A stretch of 64,000 nucleotides of DNA, taken from an uncultured Acidobacteriota bacterium. GTDB taxonomy: Bacteria > Acidobacteriota > Vicinamibacteria > Vicinamibacterales > Fen-181. A program made the translations under genes and the position numbers. This document shows positions 19,982-29,622 of this stretch, piece by piece. A model generated the notes under the pieces. That model was given only the letters and a program-made list of their open reading frames with translations, was not told the DNA's origin and made no database searches. The first letter of the stretch is position 1, and every line of letters begins with the position of its first letter. The DNA lies in the NCBI GenBank assembly GCA_963776495.1, contig CAVZMW010000006.1, positions 1,045,629 through 1,109,628 of the forward strand, in the 5' to 3' direction.

Positions 19982-21092
19982 AGCGGTGCTGGGGCGCGTG
20001 TGTCTTCTCGATCCCCGCGAGAAAGTCCTTCAGATACCCCTGCCAGATCGCGGGCCACGAGTGCGTGCCGTGGCCGCGCGTTTCGGACGTGATGGGCAGC
20101 AGCACGTACTTGCCGCGCGCGACGCGCGGCATCAGCTTCTCCATCAGGCCGAGCTCCGGCGGGTTGATGAGGTCGTCTGCCGAGTTGATGGCGAGAAGCG
20201 GCGCCGTGATCTTCTCGAGCGCGACCGACGGGTCGTACTCCCGTGACGAGTCGAACTGGTAGAGCATGTCGTTGGCGTCCACGCCGTTGCCTCGCGATCG
20301 GAGCTGCTGGACGAGGAGCGCGTCGGCGGCGTCGCGGGTGGGCGCGTCCTTCTGCGCCTGCACGGTGGAGCCGGCCATCAGGGTGAGGATCTTGACCGCG
20401 CACTGGAGGCCGGGCGGCTGGGCCGTGTAGTCGCCGCCGTTCCACGCCGGGTCGTTGCGGACAGCGTCCATGAGCATCTTGCGCCACATCCGGTTGCGGC
20501 CCGCGATCTGCGTGGGCACGCTCGCGAGCGGCACCAGGCCGTCCATGAAGTCCGGGTAGGCCTCGCCCCACATCCACGTCTGCATGCCGCCCATCGACGT
20601 GCCCATCACGAGCTCGAGGTGGTTGACCTTCAGCCCCTCGGTCACCAGCCGGTACTGCGCCGTCACCATGTCGGCGTAGGTGTAGCGAGGGAAATGAGCG
20701 TGCAGGCCGTCGCTCGGCTTGCTGCTCTTGCCGTGGCCGATCCCGTCGGGCAGGATCAGGTAGTGCGTCCGCGCGTCGAGCAGCTGCCCGGGCCCGAACA
20801 GCACGTCAGCGAAGTTCCGGCTCAGGAACTGCTGCCCGGTCCCGCCGGTGCCGTGGAGGATGATCACGGCGTTCCGGACGACGCCGCTGGCATCGCGCCG
20901 GGGCTCGCCGAGCGTGACGTAGTGGAGCTTCAGCTCCGGCAGCGTCTCGCCGGTCGTGAGGTGGAAGTCGTGGATGACGAAATCGCCGGCCACCGGCGCG
21001 GGCCGCGCGGCAGGCGCCGGCTGGGCCTGGGCGGAGCCGACACCGGCGGACAGGGCAACGGCGAAAGACAGCGCTGCGAGGAGGTGCTTCAT
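19980..21092 (-). CDS. Secreted alpha/beta hydrolase (homoserine O-acetyltransferase-like fold)
   Basis: 370 aa with signal peptide, nucleophile elbow GTSMGG, and length and sequence typical of the family. Confidence 0.75.
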   Translation of the reverse strand: MKHLLAALSFAVALSAGVGSAQAQPAPAARPAPVAGDFVIHDFHLTTGETLPELKLHYVTLGEPRRDASGVVRNAVIILHGTGGTGQQFLSRNFADVLFGPGQLLDARTHYLILPDGIGHGKSSKPSDGLHAHFPRYTYADMVTAQYRLVTEGLKVNHLELVMGTSMGGMQTWMWGEAYPDFMDGLVPLASVPTQIAGRNRMWRKMLMDAVRNDPAWNGGDYTAQPPGLQCAVKILTLMAGSTVQAQKDAPTRDAADALLVQQLRSRGNGVDANDMLYQFDSSREYDPSVALEKITAPLLAINSADDLINPPELGLMEKLMPRVARGKYVLLPITSETRGHGTHSWPAIWQGYLKDFLAGIEKTHAPQHR

Positions 21093-21136
21093 CCCCGCAG
21101 CGTAGCTGCAGGGCGCGCCGAAATCAATGCTCGCGA

Positions 21137-21185
21137 GCCGGCTTCGGGCTCCCGGCTTCGGGCTTCGGGCTCCCGGCTTCGGGCC
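21137..21185. repeat. Heptad repeat array, 7 units
   Basis: gccggct tcgggct cccggct tcgggct tcgggct cccggct tcgggcc. Lies between the hydrolase 5' end and the permease 3' end. Confidence 0.8.
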
Positions 21186-21188
21186 GGC

Positions 21189-23495
21189 TCACTCCTCACG
21201 CAGCAGCATCAGAACATCCGCCCGCCCGGCCGCTCTTGCCGGAATGAACGACGAAATCGCACCAGCGGCCGTCAATATACCCATGACGCTCAGCGCGGCC
21301 ATCCAGTCGATGGGTCGAACACCCGTCACGAGTGCTGCCGCGAGCTTCGCAGTGGCCACGCCGAAACCCAGTCCGACCGCGCCGCCGACGGCTACGCGGC
21401 GAACAGTCGTCATCACGACGCCCACGACGAGCACCTGCGGTGAAGCGCCCAGCGTGGCGCGGACCGCGGCATCGCGGGCACCTCGACGGACGCTCTCACT
21501 TGTCAGGCAGAACACCCCGAAAGTGCCGAGACAGAAGCTGGACAGGGAGAGGAGGGTCAGTAGCGTTGCCTGCGAGCGAACCTGCGCCGTCGTCTCGGAA
21601 TACCGCTCACGTGCGAGCGTGACTTGCAGTGGGCCCTTTACGCCGGTTGTCCGTCGTATGACGTCAACAATCGCCCGAATCTTCGAGCCGGCTGAATGTG
21701 GGGTGCGCACGACTACCGAGGACAGGTTCTCGCGGTCAGGCCTGTAAATGTAAGGTGTGGGACCAGCCGCCCCTGGGCCATCGCCCCAGATATTGGAAAC
21801 AATCCCGATGACCGAGGCGCGCACCCCGTTCACGTAGACACTGGTTCCCACCGCGCTGGAGCGATCGATGCCCAGCATCTGGGACAGTCGGAGGCTCAAC
21901 AGGACAACGTTGCGCTGGGTCGCGAGCTCCTCGTCACTGCCAGACAGAATGCGACATCCGACGGTCCGGAAGTAACCTCGTGAAACTTCAAGCTCAACGC
22001 CGTTGCAATCCCGCATCTCGTCTAGGTTCCTGGGAGCGTGCGCCAGAACCGACACAACGGCCTTGCCGACCCCGACCGGCACATCACCCCGAGCGACATC
22101 CACGACGAACGGCATCTGTCCCAGGCCTCGTCTCATCAACTCGAAATCGCTCGGGCCGAAGCGCCGTACGTCAGTCGGAAGCGCTACCCCCACCACCTGT
22201 TCCGTATCGATGCCGATGTCGAGAGCCTTCGCATCTGCCAACGCGTGAACGGTGACAGCCGCCAAGTACAGCAACCCGCCTACCAGGGCGACCTGCGCGA
22301 CGAGCATCGCCGAGCGGAGCCCGGAGTAGCTGAGCCCACCCACGACGGGGAGTCGTCCCCTCAGGCCTGCCATCAGGTCGTGCCGCCGGAGGAGCAGCAG
22401 CGGACCCGCAGCCAGACAGGCAGAGCCGGCGACGGTCAACGCCCCCAGGTAGAGGACGGCGCGATGGTCGACCACGATAGGCTGGCCACGTGTGACTTCC
22501 GGCGGGAGCAGGCGAGCAAAGATTCGCACGGCAGGTTCGAGGACGACCAGCGCAATCAGAGCTGCGCCCGCGCTCAGGAGGGAGGTCTGAAACAGCCAGC
22601 AGAGCGCAAGACGCCGTTGACCTGCCCCGAGAGCCGCTCGGAGAGTGAGGCTCCGCCAGGAGTCTCCGGCTTGGGCGGTCTGCAGTGCGGCGAGGTGCAC
22701 CCACCCGATAAGGAGCGTCAGGGCTGTGGCGATGAATAGCGCTACCACCCCTCCCGTACCCGAGGGCCGGAAGTACTGCCGCAGTGGGCTTGCGAGCAGC
22801 GAGACGGCTGGCGGACCTGGCAAGAACAGGGGCGCTGTGCGGTCGACTCGAACGATTGCCTGCAGATACTCCATGTGCAGACCGGCCGCGGGGTGCGGCG
22901 TATCTGGAACCCACACGTTCGTGCCCCTGGGCAGGTCGAAACCGCGCGGTGCGACACCAACGACCTGCACTGACCGTCCGCCCAGCAGAAGTGTCTTGCC
23001 AACCACGTCTCTCGATCGGCCGAACCGAGCGCCCCAGAGTGCATCGCTTATGACGACGGGGTACGGATCGACGGCGAGCGCGTCAGTCTTCGCGAGGGTT
23101 CGACCAGCTTGAGCAGCGACCCCTAACGTTTGGAAGAACCGAGCGGTGACCGCTGTCGGGCGGAGCGCTTCCGCTTCGCTGAATCGCCGCTCGAAGAAGC
23201 CGCCCTCGGTATAGGCGGCCGCCGACCGCACCCCCGAGAGCTCCGACAACTGCTCGAACTGGTCAGAGGCGATCGTGCCGGGTCGGTTTGGCACGACGAC
23301 CGATCGGGGCCCGACGACGAAGAGTTGCTCGGGCTGACGGACCGGATACTCCCTGAGCAGGACGCCGTCCGCGATCACAAAGAGCCCCGCCGTGATGGCC
23401 AAGCCGACAGCCAGCGTTCCCGCCACGGCCAGCGACGACAGCCACCGACGACGAAGGAACCGGACGGCGAGCCGAAGATCGATTGGCATCAACAT
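21189..23495 (-). CDS. Duplicated FtsX/MacB-type ABC permease (ADOP-family-like)
   Basis: 768 aa. Has the N-terminal RFLRRRW motif, two FtsX-type 4-TM modules and two periplasmic MacB-like domains. Visibly lower GC than the flanks. Confidence 0.8.
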   Translation of the reverse strand: MLMPIDLRLAVRFLRRRWLSSLAVAGTLAVGLAITAGLFVIADGVLLREYPVRQPEQLFVVGPRSVVVPNRPGTIASDQFEQLSELSGVRSAAAYTEGGFFERRFSEAEALRPTAVTARFFQTLGVAAQAGRTLAKTDALAVDPYPVVISDALWGARFGRSRDVVGKTLLLGGRSVQVVGVAPRGFDLPRGTNVWVPDTPHPAAGLHMEYLQAIVRVDRTAPLFLPGPPAVSLLASPLRQYFRPSGTGGVVALFIATALTLLIGWVHLAALQTAQAGDSWRSLTLRAALGAGQRRLALCWLFQTSLLSAGAALIALVVLEPAVRIFARLLPPEVTRGQPIVVDHRAVLYLGALTVAGSACLAAGPLLLLRRHDLMAGLRGRLPVVGGLSYSGLRSAMLVAQVALVGGLLYLAAVTVHALADAKALDIGIDTEQVVGVALPTDVRRFGPSDFELMRRGLGQMPFVVDVARGDVPVGVGKAVVSVLAHAPRNLDEMRDCNGVELEVSRGYFRTVGCRILSGSDEELATQRNVVLLSLRLSQMLGIDRSSAVGTSVYVNGVRASVIGIVSNIWGDGPGAAGPTPYIYRPDRENLSSVVVRTPHSAGSKIRAIVDVIRRTTGVKGPLQVTLARERYSETTAQVRSQATLLTLLSLSSFCLGTFGVFCLTSESVRRGARDAAVRATLGASPQVLVVGVVMTTVRRVAVGGAVGLGFGVATAKLAAALVTGVRPIDWMAALSVMGILTAAGAISSFIPARAAGRADVLMLLREE

Positions 23496-23513
23496 GGTCC
23501 GGGGAGCGACCGG

Positions 23514-24288
23514 CTATCGCTGCACGAAGTCAGCGGGTCCGACCCCTTCGTTCACCCGCGTGTCCTGGAACTCGTATACGAAGTCCCCATGCATCCCCAC
23601 TTGACGCATGGTGAGGCGGCGGGGAAGACGTAGCCCATCCAGCTCACGGTAGTCATCGATCGAGACCCGCCGTGTGCTCTGGCCAATCGTCGTGGCGCCC
23701 TGCGTGAGCACGGTGGTCGATCGGGTACTCAAGCGGTCGGTGGGTAACGGGGTCGAAGACCACGACCCGCCTGAAGCCGTCCGGTCCCTCGAAGAGGACC
23801 TCCTGCGTGCCAGGAGCAGCGTCGGCGGCCCAAGACGCCTTTAGGGGATATTCCGCGGGAGCCCGCATCAACCAAACGAGGCAGATCTCGATGAATGTCG
23901 ACCTCGTGGCCTTGTGGGCCCTCTCCCTTATCGGAAGAGTCGGCTCGGGGCGTTGCCAGTAGTCCCTTCCCGCGAGCGTGAACGTGATGCCACCGCGGAT
24001 TTCCTTGAAGGAGTCGGGCAGGAGCAGCAGGCGCTCCAGTGAGTCGTTTGGAATCCCGCCGATTGTGAGGGTGCCCTTCACGTGGATCGACCGCACTCGC
24101 TGAAGGCGGTCTCGCCCGCCCAACGCGCGCCTGGCGGCTGCCAAAACCGCCTGAACGTCGTTGGCCGCCGTAATGCCGAAGATGGTGTCGCCGGTCTTGA
24201 CCTGCTGGTCACCAACCGCCTGCACCATCGCAGCGGTCTGAACCTCAACCGGCCAAATACAGGACAGGGTCGACACGGCCAATACTGC
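23514..24288 (-). pseudogene. Exported hypothetical protein gene, split by IS66 insertion and internally frameshifted (3' portion)
   Basis: Track ORFs 23653..24282 and 23514..23732 overlap in different frames and read as one protein (...VVFDPVTHRPLEY / ...TTVLTQGATTIGQSTRRVSIDDYRELDGLRLP...). The 5' end continues across the IS into 27557-27588. Confidence 0.7.
24281..24288. repeat. 8-bp target site duplication, left (aatactgc)
   Basis: Identical octamer at 27557-27564, directly abutting both IS ends. Confidence 0.85.
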
Positions 24289-24347
24289 GTAAGCGGTAAG
24301 CCAGGTGCATCTGGCGCGGGCCGCGAGAGCCGGATAGGCTGGCGCTC

Positions 24348-24704
24348 ATGCCTATCGCTGACACGTCCTCGTCGCTCCCTGCGCGCCGCCGCCGTGACGA
24401 ATCGCCCCAGGAGACACTGTCCCAGTTTCGCCAGAGCGGCTTGACGCAGCGCGCCTTCTGCGAGCAGATCGGCCTTCCTGTCTCGACCCTGCAGTGGTGG
24501 CTGTCCCGAGTGCGGCGCGAGGCCGTCGCGGCCCGGCCCGTCGCGTTCGCCGAAATCACGATCCCGGCGATGGCGCAGCCGGCTCGCGCGATCGGTCCGG
24601 AGTGGGCCGTCGAGATCGTGACGGCGGCGGGGGTCACGGTCCGGCTGCGTGAGCCGCTACGGCCGGCGGCGGTGGGCGCCCTGCTCCGCGGCCGGCGATG
24701 CTGA
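24348..24704 (+). CDS. tnpA: IS66 accessory protein TnpA (orf1)
   Basis: 118 aa HTH-like protein (LTQRAFCEQIGLPVSTLQWW). It is the first ORF inside the IS and overlaps tnpB by 7 nt. Confidence 0.8.
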   Translation: MPIADTSSSLPARRRRDESPQETLSQFRQSGLTQRAFCEQIGLPVSTLQWWLSRVRREAVAARPVAFAEITIPAMAQPARAIGPEWAVEIVTAAGVTVRLREPLRPAAVGALLRGRRC

Positions 24705-25033
24705 GCCTGTCGCCCGCGACGCGCATCTTCGTCGCGATCGAGCCGGTGGACATGCGGCAATCGTTCAATGGCCTGTCCGCCGCGGTGCAGGCGGTGCTGG
24801 CGCAGGATGTCCTGAGCGGCCATCTCTTCGTGTTCACCAATCGGCGGAAGACGCGCGTCAAGGCGATCTACTGGGACGGCACCGGGTTGGTGGTCTATGC
24901 GAAACGCCTGGAGCGGGGCCGATTCGGCTGGCCCGGCGGCGACGGCGCGAGCCGCACGCTGCGTCCCGAGGAGTTGACCCTGCTGCTGCACGGCTGGGAG
25001 GGGCGCCCGCGAGCCCACTGGTATCGACGGTGA
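24698..25033 (+). CDS. tnpB: IS66 accessory protein TnpB (orf2)
   Basis: 111 aa with the typical IS66 Orf2 sequence: VDMRQSFNGLSAAV, LFVFTNRRKTRVKAIYWDGTGLVVYAKRLERGRF. Confidence 0.9.
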   Translation: MLSLSPATRIFVAIEPVDMRQSFNGLSAAVQAVLAQDVLSGHLFVFTNRRKTRVKAIYWDGTGLVVYAKRLERGRFGWPGGDGASRTLRPEELTLLLHGWEGRPRAHWYRR

Positions 25034-25087
25034 GCGCGGCGTACTTTTCACTGGACTCCATGCGCGCGTTCAGGCACACTGACGGCC

Positions 25088-25963
25088 ATGACAGACTCGC
25101 GGTGTGTGCAGGGCCGCCACGTGACCGCCGTCGACCTCGCGCACATCCGCGCGCTGATCACCGACCATCCCGCGTGGAGTCGGCGCCATCTGTCCGAGGT
25201 CCTCTGTGCGGACTGGGACTGGCGCACGAGTGCGGGCCGACTCAAGGACATGGCCACGCGGGCCCTGCTGCTGAAGCTCGAGGCGCAGGGCCTGCTCCAG
25301 CTCCCGCCGCGGCGACGCGTGGCCTCGAATCGGATGGCGCGACGCGAGCCGGCGGCGCGGGCCTGGGATCGCGCGCCGATCGCCGCGCCGTTGGCCGCGC
25401 TCGGTCCGCTCACGCTCGCCGAGGTGAGTGGCGACCGCACGGCCCGCGCCGAGTTCGGGGCGGCGCTCGCCGCGTGGCATTACCTCGGCTACCGCGGCCC
25501 GGTCGGCGAGAATCTGCAATACACCGTGCGCGACGCGCAGGGGCGGCTCGTGGCCTGCCTGCTGTTTGGCGCCGCCGCCTGGGCCTGTCGGCCGCGGGAC
25601 ACGTTCATTGGCTGGGCACGCGAGCAGCGGGCCGCCCGGCTCGCCTGGGTGACGAATAACACGCGATTCCTGATCCTGCCCTGGGTGCGCGTGCCGCACC
25701 TGGCGAGTTGGATCCAGGGACGCGTGTTGCGCCGTCTCGCCGCGGACTGGCAGCGCAAATACGGACACCCGATTGTCCTCGTCGAGACGTTTGTCGAGCG
25801 CGACCGCTTCGCCGGCACGAGCTATCGCGCCGCGAATTGGCAGGTGGTCGGCTCGACCACCGGGCGCAGTCGGCAGGATCGGTACACGACGCTCCACGTA
25901 CCGGTCAAAGACGTCTATGTCTATCCGCTGGCCGCCGACTTCCGGGAGGTCCTCGCGGCATGA
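25088..25963 (+). CDS. DUF4338-like (DruA-like) protein carried inside the IS66 element
   Basis: 291 aa. Motifs WHYLGY, NLQY, NNTRFLILPWVRV, ETFV...F.GT.YRAANW match my recollection of DUF4338. The stop overlaps the tnpC start (ATGA). Confidence 0.6.
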   Translation: MTDSRCVQGRHVTAVDLAHIRALITDHPAWSRRHLSEVLCADWDWRTSAGRLKDMATRALLLKLEAQGLLQLPPRRRVASNRMARREPAARAWDRAPIAAPLAALGPLTLAEVSGDRTARAEFGAALAAWHYLGYRGPVGENLQYTVRDAQGRLVACLLFGAAAWACRPRDTFIGWAREQRAARLAWVTNNTRFLILPWVRVPHLASWIQGRVLRRLAADWQRKYGHPIVLVETFVERDRFAGTSYRAANWQVVGSTTGRSRQDRYTTLHVPVKDVYVYPLAADFREVLAA

Positions 25964-27540
25964 GCGGCGCGCGCGATCGCCACGCGGCGTCCGAGGCGGC
26001 GGCGGCGCCGCCGGCCGAGTTCGCGAGACTGCAGGCGGAGGCCACGGCGCTCCAGGCCGAGACCGCCGTACTGCGCAGGGAGAATGCGCGCCTGCAGGCG
26101 GCGCTGGCCGAGGCGCACGCCGTCATCGCCGGCTTGCAGCGCCAGCTGTTTGGCGCGAAGGCCGATCGGCTCACGCCTGAGCAGGAAGCCCAGCTCCTGG
26201 CCCTGCAGCGGGACGTCGTCGACCAGGTCCAGCGACCGCGCCCGACCAGCGATGAGGTCCTCACGGAGGACCGGCCCGTCGAGCGCACGCGGCCGCCGCG
26301 GCGCGCCCGACAGCCGGTGCCCGACCATCTCGAGACGGAAACCGTCGTGCTCGAGCCCGACGACACGCGGTGCCCGGGCTGCGGGCAGCCGAGTCGGCGC
26401 ATCGGCGAGGAGGTCACCGAAGAGATCGACCTCGTCCCGGCGAAGCTGATTCGGCGTCGGATCGTGCGGCCGAAATACGCCTGCACGTGCGGCACGGCCG
26501 GCGTCGCCATCGCCACGCTCCCGCCGCGCCTGATTCCCCAGAGTACCCTCGGGTTGGGCTTGGCCGTCCACATCCTGTTGACGCGCTACGACGACCATCT
26601 CTCGTTCTATCGCCTCGAGCAGCAGTTCCGCGAGCGGCACCACGTCCGCGTCCCGCGCCAGCAGATGGTGCAGTGGGTCGAGCACCTCGCCGACTGGCTC
26701 CGCCCGATCACCGACGCCATGTGGACCCAGATGCGGGCCACCGGCTACCTCCAGGTCGATGAGACGCCCGTGCGCGTGCTCGACCCCGACGTCACGGGCA
26801 AGGCGGCGCGCGGCTACCTCTGGTTCTACGCCGTGCCCGGCGGCGACGTCTTCCTCGAGTTCGACCGCCACCGCAGTCTCGAGCCGGTGGGCCGCCGCCT
26901 CGCGGGCTTCACCGGCACGATCCAGACCGACGCCTACCAGGTGTATCAGGCCCTGGCGCGTCGCGAAACGGGCCTCGCCCGCATCGGGTGCCTCGCGCAT
27001 CTGCGCCGGCGGTTCTACGCCGCGCTGGCGGATCACGTCCCCGAGGCCGTCTGGTTCATCGGCGAGATCCGGCGGCTCTATCGGATCGAGGACGAGGGAC
27101 GCCCGCTCAGCCCGGGCGCGCGCCACGCGCTCCGCCAGGACCGAGCGCCCGCGCTCTGGGCGGCGCTGCGCACGAAGGCGGCCGGCCTGCAGCCCAGCGT
27201 CCTGCCCCAGAGCTCGCTGGGCAAGGCCCTGTCGTACCTGCTCGACGAATACGACGCGCTGACCGGCTATCTGCGCGACGGCCGGTTCGAGATCGACAAC
27301 AACCTGGTGGAGAATGACATCCGGCCCACGGCCGTGGGCCGAAAACGGTGGCTCTTCATCGGCCATCCGGATGCCGGCTGGCGCAGTGCCGTCGCCTACA
27401 CGCTCATCGTCAGCTGTCGTCGGCGCGGGATCAACCCGCAGGACTACCTGACGGATATCTTGCGGCGGCTGCCCACCACGAAGATCACCGACATCAGGAC
27501 GCTCATGCCAGCCCACTGGCAGCCGGCCCGCGACCTGTAG
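25960..27540 (+). CDS. tnpC: IS66-family transposase TnpC
   Basis: 526 aa. Has an N-terminal leucine-zipper-like coiled coil, a CPGCG zinc motif, a DDE region (LQVDETP...; IQTDAYQVY; FEIDNNLVENDIR) and the C-terminal INPQDYLTDIL motif. Confidence 0.9.
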   Translation: MSGARDRHAASEAAAAPPAEFARLQAEATALQAETAVLRRENARLQAALAEAHAVIAGLQRQLFGAKADRLTPEQEAQLLALQRDVVDQVQRPRPTSDEVLTEDRPVERTRPPRRARQPVPDHLETETVVLEPDDTRCPGCGQPSRRIGEEVTEEIDLVPAKLIRRRIVRPKYACTCGTAGVAIATLPPRLIPQSTLGLGLAVHILLTRYDDHLSFYRLEQQFRERHHVRVPRQQMVQWVEHLADWLRPITDAMWTQMRATGYLQVDETPVRVLDPDVTGKAARGYLWFYAVPGGDVFLEFDRHRSLEPVGRRLAGFTGTIQTDAYQVYQALARRETGLARIGCLAHLRRRFYAALADHVPEAVWFIGEIRRLYRIEDEGRPLSPGARHALRQDRAPALWAALRTKAAGLQPSVLPQSSLGKALSYLLDEYDALTGYLRDGRFEIDNNLVENDIRPTAVGRKRWLFIGHPDAGWRSAVAYTLIVSCRRRGINPQDYLTDILRRLPTTKITDIRTLMPAHWQPARDL

Positions 27541-27556
27541 CTCGCTTACCGCTTAC

Positions 27557-27564
27557 AATACTGC
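27557..27564. repeat. 8-bp target site duplication, right (aatactgc)
   Basis: Matches 24281-24288. Confidence 0.85.
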
Positions 27565-27588
27565 TGTCGCGAGGAGCTTCGTGTTCAC
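27557..27588 (-). pseudogene. 5' fragment (start codon and first signal-peptide codons) of the IS66-disrupted gene
   Basis: Removing the IS and one TSD copy restores GTG-AAC-ACG-AAG-CTC-CTC-GCG-ACA-GCA-GTA-TTG-GCC..., which reads MNTKLLATAVLAVSTLSCIWPVE, a signal peptide. Confidence 0.65.
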
Positions 27589-27762
27589 CGAAGGGTCTCC
27601 ATTGAAGACAGCGCACTCAACACAGGACTGCCGTGGTAAAGGGCGGCGACAGGGCACGATGCGCCGCGACGAAGCGTTTGAGGCAGACCGCACGGAAGGC
27701 GGCTCGCGGCCCCCGGCGGTGCGACGAGCGTCACGCCAACACTCGCCCGCGACACCGCCAAG

Positions 27763-27797
27763 AGCCTGAAGCCCGAAGCCTTGAGCCTGGAGCCCGG
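27763..27797. repeat. Heptad repeat array, 5 units
   Basis: agcctga agcccga agccttg agcctgg agcccgg, ending 1 nt before the blaR1-like stop codon. Confidence 0.75.
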
Positions 27798-27798
27798 A

Positions 27799-29622
27799 TT
27801 ACAGCTGCCGGGCGATCTCGAACTTCACCGTCACCGTCATGTCCACCGGGACCGCCACGCCATCGAGGCGCACCGGGGAGAACCGCCAGAGCCGAATCGC
27901 GTCGATCGCGGCGGCCGACAGGTCCGCGTCCGCGCCCGGTTCGGGCTGCAGGTCGCCGACCGAGCCGTCGGCGAGCACGCGCGCGTGGATGACCACGGAG
28001 CCCGAGACGCCTGCCGCAGCGGACGCCGCCGGGTAGCGGGGCGCCGCATCGACCAGCTTCCGCGGCGGCGTCACGCAGCCGCCTTCCTGGGAGTCAGCGC
28101 ACGGATCGCTCGCCGGCGGCTGGCCGACCTGCCGGGGCACCGGGGCCGTCGGGCCGGGCGGCGCCACGCCGGCCGCCGCGGTGACCGCCACGACTTCCTG
28201 CAGTGAGCCAAGGGCCAGCACCGCCCGCACTTCCGACGGATTGCCCGCCTCGAGCGGCATGGCCACGCGAGCCGTCTTGAATCCCGGCTTGCTGACCGAG
28301 ACGGTGTACGCGCCAGCCGCCAGGCCCGAGGCCGAGAACTGGCCGTCTCCTCCCGTGCGTCCTTCGGCGTTGAGACCGGTGGCGGTGTTCGACAGGGCGA
28401 CGGCCGCCTTCGGCACGGTCCGTCCGAGCTGGTCCACGACCGTGACGACAATCCCGGCGGGCCCACCCGCCTGCGGGCTGGGCGACGTTGACCGCGGCGC
28501 CGCGACGGCCACCTGTCTGGGCGCCGGTCCGGCGCTCGCTGGCGCAGCCGTGACCGGTACGGGCGAAGGCGCGGGAGTGGCGGCAGTGGCGGCTGCCGGG
28601 CTCGGCGACGCCGAGGCCGCCGGAATGGCCGGGCCGGCCTGCGGCACGCTCGCCGCGGTGAGCGAAAGCCCGGCCAGGGTGACCGTCAGGGCGACGCAGG
28701 CCAGGAGCACGATGAGTGCGGGAATGCGGCCGACCGGGGAACGATCCAGTTGAGGGGTCAACATGATGCGGATCCTCCGTTCGAGATCGGATGAGCGCGC
28801 CATCGCCGGCGCGGGAAGCAGGGCGCGGCGGCTACGCCGAAACAGCCGCGCGAGGTCGAGCAACTCGGTGGCGTAGGCCGGCGCCGCCACCCCAAGGCTC
28901 AGCACGGCGTCGTCGCACGCGTGTTCGCTCTCCAGGCGGAGGCGGTGACACGCGAACCACGCGAGGGGATTGAACCAGTAGACCGATCGGACGCACTCGG
29001 CCACCAGGTGCACGGCCCAATCGCCGCGGGCGATGTGCGCCAGTTCGTGGCCGAGGACGACGCGGATGCGTTCCTCGGACCACGCGCCCGCCCCGGCGGG
29101 CAGCAGCACCATCGGGCGCCGAAGTCCCCAGGTGAACAACAGCGACGGGTGGGTCGTCTCCAGGATGGCCGGCGGTCTGCCGAGCCCGCAGCGGGCGGCG
29201 AGGTCGGCCGCCACGTTGGCCCATCGCGCGTCGCCGACCGGACGGGCCGCGCGCGCGATCCGCACCACCCGCGCCAGGCCGACGGCCAGGATCAACAGGC
29301 TGGCGCCGGCGCCGAGGCCCCAGGCCGTCGGAAGGCTGGAGACCAGCCGGGCGAGGGTCGTCCGGTTCGCCTCCGCCGACACGGCCGTCGGCCGGCCGGA
29401 CTGGTCCGCCGCCTCGGTCAGCGCGAGAGGCGTCGCGGGTCCCACGCGGGGCGCCTCGAAGACCGGCACGTGCCAGGCGGGCACCAGGGGTTCGGCGAGC
29501 GGCACCAGCGCGGCGCAGCCGATGGCCGCCGCGAGGATCCGATGGCGCAGCGCGGCCGAGCGCCGGCGGAGAAGCAGGACGGCAACCAGCGCGAGGCAGA
29601 GGACGACGGTGCCCTTGATCAT
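27799..29622 (-). CDS. BlaR1/MecR1-type M56 peptidase sensor fused to carboxypeptidase-regulatory-like and TonB C-terminal domains
   Basis: 607 aa. N-terminal TM region with the zinc motif HELAHIARGD, an Ala/Pro-rich linker, and a C-terminal TonB-like segment (PRYPAASAAAGVSGSVVIHARVLADGSV). Confidence 0.8.
   Translation of the reverse strand: MIKGTVVLCLALVAVLLLRRRSAALRHRILAAAIGCAALVPLAEPLVPAWHVPVFEAPRVGPATPLALTEAADQSGRPTAVSAEANRTTLARLVSSLPTAWGLGAGASLLILAVGLARVVRIARAARPVGDARWANVAADLAARCGLGRPPAILETTHPSLLFTWGLRRPMVLLPAGAGAWSEERIRVVLGHELAHIARGDWAVHLVAECVRSVYWFNPLAWFACHRLRLESEHACDDAVLSLGVAAPAYATELLDLARLFRRSRRALLPAPAMARSSDLERRIRIMLTPQLDRSPVGRIPALIVLLACVALTVTLAGLSLTAASVPQAGPAIPAASASPSPAAATAATPAPSPVPVTAAPASAGPAPRQVAVAAPRSTSPSPQAGGPAGIVVTVVDQLGRTVPKAAVALSNTATGLNAEGRTGGDGQFSASGLAAGAYTVSVSKPGFKTARVAMPLEAGNPSEVRAVLALGSLQEVVAVTAAAGVAPPGPTAPVPRQVGQPPASDPCADSQEGGCVTPPRKLVDAAPRYPAASAAAGVSGSVVIHARVLADGSVGDLQPEPGADADLSAAAIDAIRLWRFSPVRLDGVAVPVDMTVTVKFEIARQL

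Larger units (their letters stand above)
24289..27556 (+). mobile_element. IS66-family insertion sequence (3268 bp) with four ORFs
   Basis: Terminal inverted repeats start with gtaagcggtaagc at both ends (13/13 identical, then partial). 8-bp direct repeats flank the element, and it carries tnpA, tnpB, an extra ORF and tnpC. Confidence 0.9.

Noticed and set aside
24289-27556. DUF4338/DruA-like ORF as evidence of a Druantia defence system
   Set aside because: No DruB-E-like genes or large helicase are nearby. The ORF lies inside IS66 inverted repeats between tnpB and tnpC, so it belongs to the transposon.
27581-27769. 62 aa plus-strand ORF next to the IS66 right end
   Set aside because: No support as a gene. 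The same DNA on the minus strand holds the start codon and first codons of the IS-disrupted signal-peptide gene.
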